A DNA stretch of 64,000 nucleotides from Bdellovibrionaceae bacterium UBA2339 (GTDB lineage: Bacteria; Bdellovibrionota; Bdellovibrionia; Bdellovibrionales; JAMPXM01), in the NCBI GenBank assembly GCA_002344785.1, contig DDUL01000033.1, forward strand, positions 43,238 through 107,237. Reading direction: 5' to 3'. Positions within the stretch are counted from its first letter, which is position 1; every line of letters starts with the position of its first letter. The translations under genes and the position numbers were made by a program. The notes under the pieces are model-generated. The model worked only from the letters and a program-made list of their open reading frames with translations, was not told the origin of the DNA and ran no database searches. Positions 55,743 through 64,000 of the stretch are shown here, in pieces.

Positions 55743-56886
55743 GAGATTGGCCTTGTCGAGTTTGAAGAGAGGTTTGATCCTGCGATGTGAGCACCGACAA
55801 TAGCGGAGTCGCTTGCGCATAGGCCGGCGTGAAGAAGTAATGATCGAAGGCATAATGCGTAATGGCCAAACCCGCGGCCGTAGACAGCAAGAGTTCTCGC
55901 AATCCGATCTGTGTCGAGATCCTTAAATCGGGGATGCCGAAGCTTTCAGGAAATCTCAAGATCATGAGGGCCAGAAGAATGAAGAGCCCTAGAGCCAGCA
56001 AACTGATCACATAATGGCGAACCTTCACTTGTTGAGAAGGATGCAGCAGCTTTCCGGTGACACTGAGGTACTCAACGCCATGAATAGAGCCACCTGCTGA
56101 TGATGCGACTGCAGAAAATGGTAAAAAACTCTTCACCGCAAATCGCAAATTAAAGAGAGCCTTCTGACCTTGGATCATGTCCGCGGATTGAAAAGTGCAG
56201 CGGTACAGGCCCGCTACGCAGACCAGAATTCCGACCCAAGCTGCAGCCTTCACATGATAATTGAAGCCAAACGGAGGCCAAATCAGGGCCGCAAAAAGTA
56301 AGATCTGAGAAAGCATCAGATTTCTAATCCACCACCGCTCTCGATCGTAAGTCCTCTTTGAAAACTCGGGGGCACGCATGTTCAAAACTCGCAGCAAGCC
56401 TTTGCTTTGTCCAAGTTCATGATGGCGTCGAAGAGTAAATAGACCCAGAGTGAAGATCAGCGCTGGCCATTGGGCCGCCGCTGATTGACCAAACGTAAAC
56501 TCATAAGACACCCAAGTTGCACCCACGAACACAAACAGCAAGGTGCCGACACCTCGCAGGAATCCACGTTTCTTAAACTCATTCCATGCTTGTCGGCCGG
56601 ACTGCGAACCCCAAAGGAACAATAGACTCATACCGATATGCAGGTAATTGAGAAAAAGAATGTCCTGCATCCATCTCAATGCTTCTCGATGATCCGCAGT
56701 TTGCAAGGCTCTGCCTAGGATCACAATTTCCAAAATGCTCAGTAGAATGAGTAGCGCAGGGAAGAACAAGTTCAGCTTGTCCCAAAATGAGGCGTCCCGA
56801 TGCGGTCGCATCGACTTCACAGTGGACCCAAGCTGTCGCGCCCAAGTGAAGGGCCGCAATGGTGCAGGGGACTGCATACTGATCAT
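55735..56886 (-). CDS. uncharacterised polytopic membrane protein (paralog 1)
   Basis: 383 aa with about 10 hydrophobic segments. It shares LRRHHELGQSKGLLRVL, ERWWIRNLMLSQILLF and C-terminal THYAFDHYFF blocks with 57024-58148. Confidence 0.65.
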   Translation of the reverse strand: MISMQSPAPLRPFTWARQLGSTVKSMRPHRDASFWDKLNLFFPALLILLSILEIVILGRALQTADHREALRWMQDILFLNYLHIGMSLLFLWGSQSGRQAWNEFKKRGFLRGVGTLLFVFVGATWVSYEFTFGQSAAAQWPALIFTLGLFTLRRHHELGQSKGLLRVLNMRAPEFSKRTYDRERWWIRNLMLSQILLFAALIWPPFGFNYHVKAAAWVGILVCVAGLYRCTFQSADMIQGQKALFNLRFAVKSFLPFSAVASSAGGSIHGVEYLSVTGKLLHPSQQVKVRHYVISLLALGLFILLALMILRFPESFGIPDLRISTQIGLRELLLSTAAGLAITHYAFDHYFFTPAYAQATPLLSVLTSQDQTSLQTRQGQSHG

Positions 56887-57023
56887 GTTAACAAATAATC
56901 TTTCGGAGTCTGCGGCAAACTCGCGCTATTTCAGTGGGCGAGGGAAGAGTTTAACGGAAGGCACACCCCTGGACTTTCCCACGCGCTTTTTTTGTTAGCA
57001 CTCCGAGGTCAAGTCGTCGCAAC

Positions 57024-58148
57024 ATGATGTGCATGGGGCTGGATCGAATTGATCGAGTTTTACTGTCCTATCCTTTGATCCTGTCGGGTGCGGCCGTCGT
57101 GGCACTCATCGGCTTTGCCGTTTTGAGTTCGCTCACGAGCTCCGCTGCCAGCTTCTCACTCACTGAGTTGGTTTGGTGGTCGCCTTCGCATCGGCAGGTT
57201 GGTTGGTTCATTGCCTTTATTCTGCTTGGAAACATCGCTCACAACTTTTTTAGCTTTTGGGCCCTCGTGCGAGTTCCTGAGCTACGAAAGTGGGCGGCTG
57301 AATACCGATGGGGGAGACTCGGAATTTGGCAGGTGTTAGTGCTGTTCTTTGGTTTGAGTCTCCTGATGTCGATGGCGTTGCCGCCGCAATTCTCATTTCT
57401 TCGACCTCAGGCCGCTGACCTCAGTCTTCCGGTTATTCTGATCGTCGCGATCTTTGTGACCTTGAATGCTCATCACAACATGTCCCAACTCAAGGGCATT
57501 GGATTTGTCTTGAGTTTTCGCGACGGGCAGCAACGTGGCATGGATGCCTCCCGGGAACCCGCGATTGAGTCACTTCATCGACGAGAAATTTGGATGTACC
57601 GAATCCTGACCGTCGAGGCTTCAGTGTTTCTGACCTTGTATATTGCCAAGATCTGGACACCCGGCCGTGACTATTTTGTGATTCGCACGATCATCCTCAT
57701 TGCAATCTACGCTTGGGTGACTCAAGCGATTCTCAAACTTCCGGCATCTCTCAAAGCATGGCGACTACTTTACTCAGTTCGACTGGTCCCGCGTCTCATT
57801 GTGGGCTTTCATCCTTTGGCCACCTTATTGATGAGTAGCTTCCATTCGCTCGACGCCGCATTGGTCTACTACAGAATGGCGAAGCAAAGTCAGTCGGGCA
57901 AAACTCTCAAGCGCGAGTTCATATTTGTCTATCTGACTTTTTCCGCTCTGGCGGCCGCGCTTGTCTATTCTGAACCCCTTGTTACAGAAACTGGCGTGAG
58001 GCAGTTACTCCATGCTGGCTTCATTGCGGCTTTGCTGAGTCACTACTTCTTTGAGGGCATTCAATTTCGAATGCGGAATCCGATAACTCGGCGACATGTC
58101 GCACCCTTGTTGCATCCGCCAACTTCTCCTCGCCTCGGATCATCCTGA
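57024..58148 (+). CDS. uncharacterised polytopic membrane protein (paralog 2)
   Basis: 374 aa with about 10 hydrophobic segments. The blocks LNAHHNMSQLKGIGFVL, REIWMYRILTVEASVF and SHYFFEGIQF align with 55735-56886. It is transcribed divergently from that gene. Confidence 0.65.
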   Translation: MMCMGLDRIDRVLLSYPLILSGAAVVALIGFAVLSSLTSSAASFSLTELVWWSPSHRQVGWFIAFILLGNIAHNFFSFWALVRVPELRKWAAEYRWGRLGIWQVLVLFFGLSLLMSMALPPQFSFLRPQAADLSLPVILIVAIFVTLNAHHNMSQLKGIGFVLSFRDGQQRGMDASREPAIESLHRREIWMYRILTVEASVFLTLYIAKIWTPGRDYFVIRTIILIAIYAWVTQAILKLPASLKAWRLLYSVRLVPRLIVGFHPLATLLMSSFHSLDAALVYYRMAKQSQSGKTLKREFIFVYLTFSALAAALVYSEPLVTETGVRQLLHAGFIAALLSHYFFEGIQFRMRNPITRRHVAPLLHPPTSPRLGSS

Positions 58149-59211
58149 AGTATTCGCGCAAGGTGTGGCCATCACGACGCCGCGAGGACCAAGTCTGAAC
58201 GTGTTGCTCGGCCTGATTCAAGTTGAACTCAATGCCCCATAATGGCTCGATTTGATGTGGCAGCATGGAGTACCGAACGTCGCCGACGGCAATGACCTCA
58301 GGAGGTCGAGAGCGGTCCGCAACGACGCCAAGCCAAGCGTCTGAGAACCACGCAAATCTTTTGAGATCACTCTCCAAAATTGAATTCTTTGGCGCGAGGA
58401 TCTCATACTTCTCCACGCATTGACCCGGGTAGATCTTGGGCCCAACTCCCATCCAAAGTGCATCCGTGTAGATCCGACCGTTGATCTCATAAATGGACTT
58501 CCAAAGCAGGATCTGCAGCAAAGTTGGCTTCACACTAGCTCTCGGTCCTGTACCTAAGGCTGCCGACGAAGCTTCGCCGTGTCGATTCTCAATCAGCCGC
58601 GCTTGAAGGCTCGTGGCTCGCTCTTGCTGCCAACCCGCAATGGCGAGATATGAAAAACTGATCGCGAGTCCGACGCGGGCCCAGGTGATGGCATTAAAGC
58701 GTCGACTTGAGACGGCAACGCTGACCGCCACTAGCCAACACAAGGTTGGCAAGGGATCGATGACCCCGACGAGATTCCACGCGATGCGCTCTGAACTCAG
58801 TGGCCAAAAAAGTTGCGTGCCGTAAGAGGTGCAAGCATCAAGCGGACCGTGTGTCGCCCAGCCCACACAACTCATGAGGCTGATCGCCCGAAAGTTTAAG
58901 CCCAAATTCGCGAGCTTTCGGTGAAATAGTAACCACAGCATCGCTGCGATCAAAACGCCTCCAAGTGGGATGAAGACGAGGGCGTGGGTGAAGTGTCGAT
59001 GAAATTCCAAGCTCAAAAGCGGATCTTGGCTCGATCGAATCAGCACATCGAGATCCGGCGCCGCACCACTCAGTCCACCGATGACCACAAGCCATCTTTG
59101 AATACTGAGATCCTGTGCCGGTGAGTGAATCTCAGGCGACACATGCTTGAGTGCAGGCTTGAGAGCCAAGGCTGCACATGCTCCCAATGTGAATTGCGAA
59201 ATGGGGTCCAC
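58021..59211 (-). CDS. membrane-bound metal-dependent hydrolase (YdjM/YbcI, DUF457-like) with C-terminal extension
   Basis: The N-terminal MDPISQFTLGA.. and HRHFTHALVFIPLGG motifs plus TM segments are typical of the YdjM family. About 170 aa of extra soluble C-terminal region follows. The 3' end overlaps 57024-58148 by 128 nt. Confidence 0.6.
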   Translation of the reverse strand: MDPISQFTLGACAALALKPALKHVSPEIHSPAQDLSIQRWLVVIGGLSGAAPDLDVLIRSSQDPLLSLEFHRHFTHALVFIPLGGVLIAAMLWLLFHRKLANLGLNFRAISLMSCVGWATHGPLDACTSYGTQLFWPLSSERIAWNLVGVIDPLPTLCWLVAVSVAVSSRRFNAITWARVGLAISFSYLAIAGWQQERATSLQARLIENRHGEASSAALGTGPRASVKPTLLQILLWKSIYEINGRIYTDALWMGVGPKIYPGQCVEKYEILAPKNSILESDLKRFAWFSDAWLGVVADRSRPPEVIAVGDVRYSMLPHQIEPLWGIEFNLNQAEQHVQTWSSRRRDGHTLREYFRMIRGEEKLADATRVRHVAELSDSAFEIECPQRSSDSAKPQ

Positions 59212-59328
59212 GTTCGAATTATGCCTTCAGACCAAGGCCGGTGGCCAAAAGTTTCGAGATCGCATTCCATTGATTGTGTCGTGAAAAAAATCTGAACAGC
59301 GTTGATTAAAGAAAGAGAGCTGAGAAGT

Positions 59329-59404
59329 TGGTGGTCGGTGCAGGACTCGAACCTGCGACCTCTTCCATGTCAAGGAAACGCGCTACCAACTGCGCCAACC
59401 GACC
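59329..59404 (-). tRNA. tRNA-Val(GAC): tRNA-Val (anticodon GAC), CCA encoded
   Basis: The reverse complement folds as a cloverleaf. Acceptor GGTCGGT/ACCGACC; D arm GCGC-AGTTGGTA-GCGC; anticodon arm TTTCC-TTGACAT-GGAAG; variable AGGTC; T arm GCAGG-TTCGAGT-CCTGC; discriminator A + CCA; 76 nt total. Confidence 0.93.
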
Positions 59405-59500
59405 CCACACACATCTACACAATAGCTCAAGAATCTTGGTTCGAGGAAGTTAATGGCCTTCGCCTTCGGCGTCAAGTTGCCCGAATTGAGGCAATTGAGC

Positions 59501-60151
59501 TTAAAGTTTTAGCAGTGCCTTGGTCCATGCGTTGACCCAAACCGCAGCGACCTGTCGCAAGTCCGTCGGGCCACCAAGTAGTTTGAGACTGGTGACTTTG
59601 GCCGCGGTTTGCCCACAGACCCGAATGGACTCAAACATCGATACGTCGTTTTGCACATTGATCGCTAACCCATGTCGACTGATCCCAGAGGAGATCTGAA
59701 ATCCAAAGGCGACGAGCTTAGCTTGATCAACAAAAAGCCCAGGCTCGCTTCCTAGCTCTGTCCTCAACCCCATTTGAGCTAATGCGTCTTGAGTGCAGGC
59801 TTGAACAGCGTCCACGAAGACTCGCACACCTCGATCACGGACGCGTGTGATGGGATAGATGACCAATTGGCCGGGTGAGTGAAGAGTGGCCTGGCCTCCG
59901 CGCTCGGTGTGCACAATCTCGATGCCTCTTTCGCGGAGGCGCTCGGAGTTCCAGAGTAGATCGGCCTCTATATGGCCCCGGCGCCCGAGTGTGATGCAGG
60001 GGTGATGCTCGGTCACAATCACGATGGACTTAGGAATAACTTCGTTAGGACGAGATGAGCTTAAAACAGAAGCGGCCTCATCTTGGGCGATGAGGCCGTC
60101 CGTATAAGTCGTCAATCCAAGATGGCGGACCTGAAGTGAGCTTGAATGCAT
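59501..60151 (-). CDS. lipB: lipoyl(octanoyl) transferase
   Basis: 216 aa. HHPCITLGRRG, ERGGQATLHSPGQLVIYPI and ISRHGLAINV are LipB signature blocks. Confidence 0.9.
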   Translation of the reverse strand: MHSSSLQVRHLGLTTYTDGLIAQDEAASVLSSSRPNEVIPKSIVIVTEHHPCITLGRRGHIEADLLWNSERLRERGIEIVHTERGGQATLHSPGQLVIYPITRVRDRGVRVFVDAVQACTQDALAQMGLRTELGSEPGLFVDQAKLVAFGFQISSGISRHGLAINVQNDVSMFESIRVCGQTAAKVTSLKLLGGPTDLRQVAAVWVNAWTKALLKL

Positions 60152-60192
60152 TCGGCATTGTTAGCAGTCCGCGAGGTCCGCATTCAAGCTCA
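60125..60192 (-). promoter_or_regulatory. 13-bp perfect inverted repeat spanning the lipB start codon (plus competing 7-bp pairing)
   Basis: TGAGCTTGAATGC (60137-60149) is the exact reverse complement of GCATTCAAGCTCA (60180-60192), with a 30-nt spacer. In the minus-strand mRNA the 3' arm starts at the G of the lipB AUG. GCGGACC (60125-60131) can alternatively pair with GGTCCGC (60175-60181). Confidence 0.5.
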
Positions 60193-60215
60193 AGTGCAAT
60201 CCGATCAGCGTCCGA

Positions 60216-62291
60216 TCAATTCAAAATGACGCCAAATTGATCGCGGGCCACATTAAACTGCGCCAGCTCAGCTTGTTGAAGAGCTTCCAAACGCTGCTTT
60301 TCAGCCTCGTAGGGTTGCAACGCCAATTGCACTTCTTGTGAACGCGCCTCTTTAAGGCGAATTGTCTCGATGACCTTTTGCGTGTCCGTCGAAATCTGCG
60401 CGAGTTCGCCTTGCTTTTGTCGAATCAGCTGGTCGCGGCTGCGAATGCCCTGATCGATTTGCGCAAGTCGGGCCTTACTGGCGTTGACCAGTCGAGCTTG
60501 TTCCTCAACGGCGGCGGCCTTTCGATCGTAGTCGACAGAAAGCTTGAACTGCTGCAAGGCCGTTTGCACGACGCTAAGTTCTTGGCGAGCACGACGAGCC
60601 TGTGAGTCGACAGTCGGCCGCTCGCTCCGCAGCGTCGAAATCTGGGACTGCAGGCGTGGCATTTCAAACTGCGCCAAATCTCGAGCTCGAGATTCGATGC
60701 GGCTCACTTGTTCCTCAGCATGATCCACGCGACGGCGCGCCTCTTGTTCGCGCACCAATAGCTGCTGGCGCTGTTGCTCGACATCCCGACGGATCTGATC
60801 CATTCGCGACTGGCGTTCGGCCTGCAATTGCTGTAGATTGCGTTCGAGATGATCCAAAGCCTGTCGCGCTTCATGAAAGCGGCGTTGTGCATCGGTCAAA
60901 GCTGTCTGCTGTGCTGAGCAGTCTGCACCAGCAGTTTGCCGGCACTGACCCAAAGCTTGATTGGCTTGATTACGCTCTTGCTCCGCACGATCTACGGCCT
61001 GACGTTGAGCTTGAATACGCTGACCCATGCCACGGAGTTGACGTTCGATATCATCCAATCGCGAGTCCGATCGAACGCGGCGCTGGGTTTCGCCTTGTAC
61101 GTCGAAAGCACTCAGATCACTTTGCGCCTGGCTGTGTTCACGACGCGCGATCCGCAGTGAGTCCTCGGCACGGCTCAACTCCGAACGCAATGACTGAAGC
61201 TCTCGATCGGCCTGGGCGTATCGCGCCTCAGCTTCGCTCAACTCGGCATCAATCTGACGAAGGCGATCCTCGGAGATTCGCAACTGTTCGCGAGCTGCCG
61301 AAACCTCTTGATTGAGTCGTCGATGTTCGGCTGTGTGAGGCTTTAGAATGTTGTAAGCCGCCTCATAGTTCGCATTATGTTGTGCCAACACTGCCTCTTC
61401 CTGACCAATCTGCGAGCGCAAATTGATGAGCTCTTGCTCAGCAGTCCGAATTGCCAACTCGGCTTGTTCGCGGGCTCGAGTCAGACGCTGCATCTCTTGA
61501 GTCGTCAGACGGTCGAGATTGCGACGAAGGCCCGTCAATTCATTGAGCTCACGCATGTACTTCGCATTCAAGGCTCGAAGCTGATCCCCAGCCTGAACTT
61601 GAGCGAGGTGTGCGCGGTAGGCTTCGAGATAGTGTTTTCGCAAGTCCGCAGTCAGCGCGGGTGTCAGGCGAGCCGGATCAAAATCCGCTCGCTGACCTAG
61701 AAACTCTCGTTCGAAGTTCGTCGAAACCAAACCTGCGGGCGAACAGCGCTTTTGTAACTCGGTGATGGTCGCGCTCGATCCGCGAAGCGAAAAGATCGCG
61801 GGGCGATCCTGCCCTTGAGCATCCTTGATCAGCATGTCGACTCGCATTTCACGTTTCAAGTAGCTAACGAAGCTCTCCGAACTCTTCGGCACATGCCACA
61901 TCACATCTTGCTGCAAGGCCGCGTCCGCGACTCGAGAAAATCGAAAGTTTTGCGTCTTGGCGCGATCCAAACTCACGACACCGCCCACTAAATCCGTCGA
62001 GTCCACAGGACGCACAAGAATTTCTAAGGGCGCCACACCACCACTGACCGAGCCCACCATGAGCAACTCAAGTTGCAGGTTGATCGGATTTTGCGGGGCT
62101 CCGGGTTGCGTGATCTGACTCTTGACATAGGCACGGCAAACTTGGCTCTGTGCCGAAGTTCCAGGTTCAATATCGAGCGTCCAATCTTTGCTCGTCATCA
62201 CTGGAGCGGCTTGGGCCGCGATCGTGGCGAATAAACTGAGTAGACCGAGGCTACCTACAGATGAACTCATCGCAAGACTCTTGTGGAACAT
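60216..62291 (-). CDS. exported protein: ~200-aa globular N-domain + ~480-aa Gln/Arg/Glu-rich coiled coil
   Basis: 691 aa with AGAGGAAAG upstream of the ATG. Signal peptide MFHKSLAMSSSVGSLGLLSLFATIAAQAAP. The remainder is long heptad-like Q/R/E/A/L sequence. No enzymatic motif. Confidence 0.7.
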   Translation of the reverse strand: MFHKSLAMSSSVGSLGLLSLFATIAAQAAPVMTSKDWTLDIEPGTSAQSQVCRAYVKSQITQPGAPQNPINLQLELLMVGSVSGGVAPLEILVRPVDSTDLVGGVVSLDRAKTQNFRFSRVADAALQQDVMWHVPKSSESFVSYLKREMRVDMLIKDAQGQDRPAIFSLRGSSATITELQKRCSPAGLVSTNFEREFLGQRADFDPARLTPALTADLRKHYLEAYRAHLAQVQAGDQLRALNAKYMRELNELTGLRRNLDRLTTQEMQRLTRAREQAELAIRTAEQELINLRSQIGQEEAVLAQHNANYEAAYNILKPHTAEHRRLNQEVSAAREQLRISEDRLRQIDAELSEAEARYAQADRELQSLRSELSRAEDSLRIARREHSQAQSDLSAFDVQGETQRRVRSDSRLDDIERQLRGMGQRIQAQRQAVDRAEQERNQANQALGQCRQTAGADCSAQQTALTDAQRRFHEARQALDHLERNLQQLQAERQSRMDQIRRDVEQQRQQLLVREQEARRRVDHAEEQVSRIESRARDLAQFEMPRLQSQISTLRSERPTVDSQARRARQELSVVQTALQQFKLSVDYDRKAAAVEEQARLVNASKARLAQIDQGIRSRDQLIRQKQGELAQISTDTQKVIETIRLKEARSQEVQLALQPYEAEKQRLEALQQAELAQFNVARDQFGVILN

Positions 62292-62450
62292 AACGCTTTC
62301 CTCTTTCAGTGGTGGCGGCGGGACGCTTCGTCGTTTTCTTGAACTTCGAAGCTTAGGCTTCGCGGTTTGCGATGATGGGGCATTGCAAAGCCAACACCAA
62401 GAGGTTTGGGTTCATTTTGCCCCCATTTGGAAAGCTTTGAAAAAAGCAAC

Positions 62451-64000
62451 TCAGGTGGTGGTACGAACTGCTTGCGCGGCTAGGTTCAATCTTTCCTGCG
62501 CTTCACGATATTCCGCCTGCAATCGCCACATCCGGGCGTATTCTCCATTTTTCGCCAACAATTCGCTGTGCTGGCCGCGTTCAATAACTTGCCCGTCCTT
62601 CAAACAGAGAATCTCATCCGCATCCACGATTGTGGAGAGTCGGTGAGCAATCACCAGCGTCGTTCGATTCTGTGAAACTTCCCGAAGTGACCTGTTGATC
62701 TCCTGCTCAGTCGCCGTGTCCAAGGCGCTCGTGGCCTCGTCAAAAATCAAAATTTGCGGTCGTTTGAGAATCGTACGAGCAATGGCCACACGCTGCTTTT
62801 CACCGCCGGAGAGCTTTAAGCCACGCTCGCCGACAAGCGCGCCCAAGCCTTCGGGTAAACGCTGAATCAGCGGACTGAGGCGAGCAAGGCGAGCAGCCTC
62901 GCGAACTTCCTCGGGCGAGGCCGTCGGCCGACCATAGAGTATGTTGTACTCCATGGTGTCGTTGAACAGGACTGTGTCCTGCGGAACGATGCCAATGGCG
63001 GCACGTAAACTGGATTGAGTGATCTCGGCGATATTTTGACCATCAATGAGGATTCGTCCCCCTTGAGGATCGTAAAAGCGGAACAACAGTCGTGACACCG
63101 TGGATTTTCCACCTCCAGATGGTCCAACCAGCGCGACAGTCTTACCGGGTGGAATCTTGAAGCTCACGTCGCGAAGGATGGGGCGATCCGGATGATAGTG
63201 GAAACTGACATTTTGAAATTCAACGGCACCGGTTTGAAGTTTGAGACTTGTCGCCGTGTCGAGGTCCTTGACGTCTCGCTCTACATCCAAAAGCTCAAAC
63301 ATCTTTTCCATTTCGACAAGACTTTGCGTGGTTTCTCGATAAGCAAAGCCGAGAATATTCAGAGGCATATACAGCTGAATCAAGAACGTATTGACGGCCA
63401 CAAAGTCGCCGACCGTCATCACGCCTTGTCCAACTCGCCACGCGGCTAGCCCCATGACTCCCACGAGGCCCAAGGCGATGATGAGGCCTTGCCCGAGATT
63501 GAGAATCGAAAGTGAAGTTTGTGACTGAAGTGCGGCGGCTTCGTAACCGGCCAGCGCTTGATCAAAGCGACGATGCTCGTGTTGTTCATTGCCGAAATAC
63601 TTGACCGTTTCGAAGTTCAACAAGCTATCGATCGCCTTGGTGTTGGCTTCGGTATCTCTTTGCATCATGTCTTTTCGAAATTTGACTCGCCAATTGGTGA
63701 TCTGAATTGTGTAGATCACGTACGCCACGATGGTGACGGCGGTGATCATCGTGAACTCCACACCGAACGTGAATGCGAGGACGATGCAGACCACAAGCAC
63801 TTCGACGATGGTCGGCAGAATGTTGAACAACATGAACTGCAAGACGGTCTGAATGCCTCGAGTTCCACGCTCGATCACTCGTGAAAGACCGCCAGTCTGT
63901 CGATCCAAGTGAAAGCCGAGAGACAGCGAATGCAAATGCTCGAAGGTCTTCAGGCCAATGGCGCGCTGAGTGTGTTGGGCGACTTTCGCGAAGATAAAAT
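62451..64000 (-). CDS. ABC transporter permease/ATPase fusion, ATM1/HMT1-like exporter (N-terminus outside window)
   Basis: The frame is open to the window edge. The TMD sequence is ..FEHLHSLSLGFHLDRQTGGLSRVIERGTRGI... The NBD carries Walker A GPSGGGKST, signature LSGGEKQRVAIAR and Walker B ILIFDEATSALD. Confidence 0.9.
   Translation of the reverse strand, partial: FIFAKVAQHTQRAIGLKTFEHLHSLSLGFHLDRQTGGLSRVIERGTRGIQTVLQFMLFNILPTIVEVLVVCIVLAFTFGVEFTMITAVTIVAYVIYTIQITNWRVKFRKDMMQRDTEANTKAIDSLLNFETVKYFGNEQHEHRRFDQALAGYEAAALQSQTSLSILNLGQGLIIALGLVGVMGLAAWRVGQGVMTVGDFVAVNTFLIQLYMPLNILGFAYRETTQSLVEMEKMFELLDVERDVKDLDTATSLKLQTGAVEFQNVSFHYHPDRPILRDVSFKIPPGKTVALVGPSGGGKSTVSRLLFRFYDPQGGRILIDGQNIAEITQSSLRAAIGIVPQDTVLFNDTMEYNILYGRPTASPEEVREAARLARLSPLIQRLPEGLGALVGERGLKLSGGEKQRVAIARTILKRPQILIFDEATSALDTATEQEINRSLREVSQNRTTLVIAHRLSTIVDADEILCLKDGQVIERGQHSELLAKNGEYARMWRLQAEYREAQERLNLAAQAVRTTT

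Noticed and set aside
59212-59500. tRNA-Val as an integration site for a genomic island
   Set aside because: No integrase or recombinase gene flanks it. I could not find a second copy of the tRNA 3' end (TGGTGGTCGGTGCAGGACTCGAACC) elsewhere in the window. The neighbours look chromosomal.
59405-59500. Sigma70-like promoter TTGACG-17 nt-TAACTT for tRNA-Val (minus strand)
   Set aside because: The -10 hexamer is weak (3/6) and lies about 50 nt from the mature 5' end. The tRNA may simply be co-transcribed with lipB, so this is not reported as a feature.
59302-59535. 77-aa ORF overlapping the tRNA gene
   Set aside because: It is fully explained by the tRNA-Val sequence on the opposite strand and the lipB 3' end.

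Overview
This is a gene-dense 64-kb chromosomal window from a Gram-negative bacterium, as shown by lipoboxes, a Tat signal and a YbgF-like TPR protein. The mix of GYF_2, FG-GAP/ASPIC, fused polytopic/spermidine-synthase-like, Lys/Ala-rich H1-like and long coiled-coil proteins resembles Bdellovibrionota/Myxococcota-like lineages, but that is inference only. I call 47 protein-coding genes, one tRNA-Val(GAC), three intrinsic-terminator candidates and a few short repeats or regulatory-looking elements. Confident housekeeping genes are HU, argS, rlmM, pyk, scoA/scoB plus a thiolase, miaB, a bifunctional-nuclease-family gene, a gamma-carbonic-anhydrase-like gene, guaB, guaA, a Tat-exported multicopper oxidase, dnaE and lipB. 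The 3' part of an ATM1/HMT1-type ABC exporter runs off the right edge. I saw no rRNA, CRISPR array, transposase, integrase or phage genes. Five regions look accessory or undescribed. (i) At 20.1-28.8 kb there is a tandemly duplicated, ATGA-coupled pair (exported FG-GAP/UnbV protein plus orphan NqrB/RnfD-like membrane protein), a third divergent paralog, and a repeated CTGAATTGA motif between them. (ii) At 13.6-20.1 kb there is a four-gene translationally coupled envelope operon. (iii) At 29.0-31.7 kb there is a heme-oxygenase-like di-iron enzyme, an ANT-like nucleotidyltransferase and a membrane desaturase. (iv) Two distant paralogs carry a pilin-like N-terminus fused to a cysteine-less rhodanese-like domain. 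(v) At 54.9-58.1 kb a sterol-desaturase-like enzyme is coupled to a divergent pair of paralogous polytopic proteins. A 13-bp perfect inverted repeat also occludes the lipB start codon. All family assignments come from motifs read by eye; no database search or folding computation was possible.
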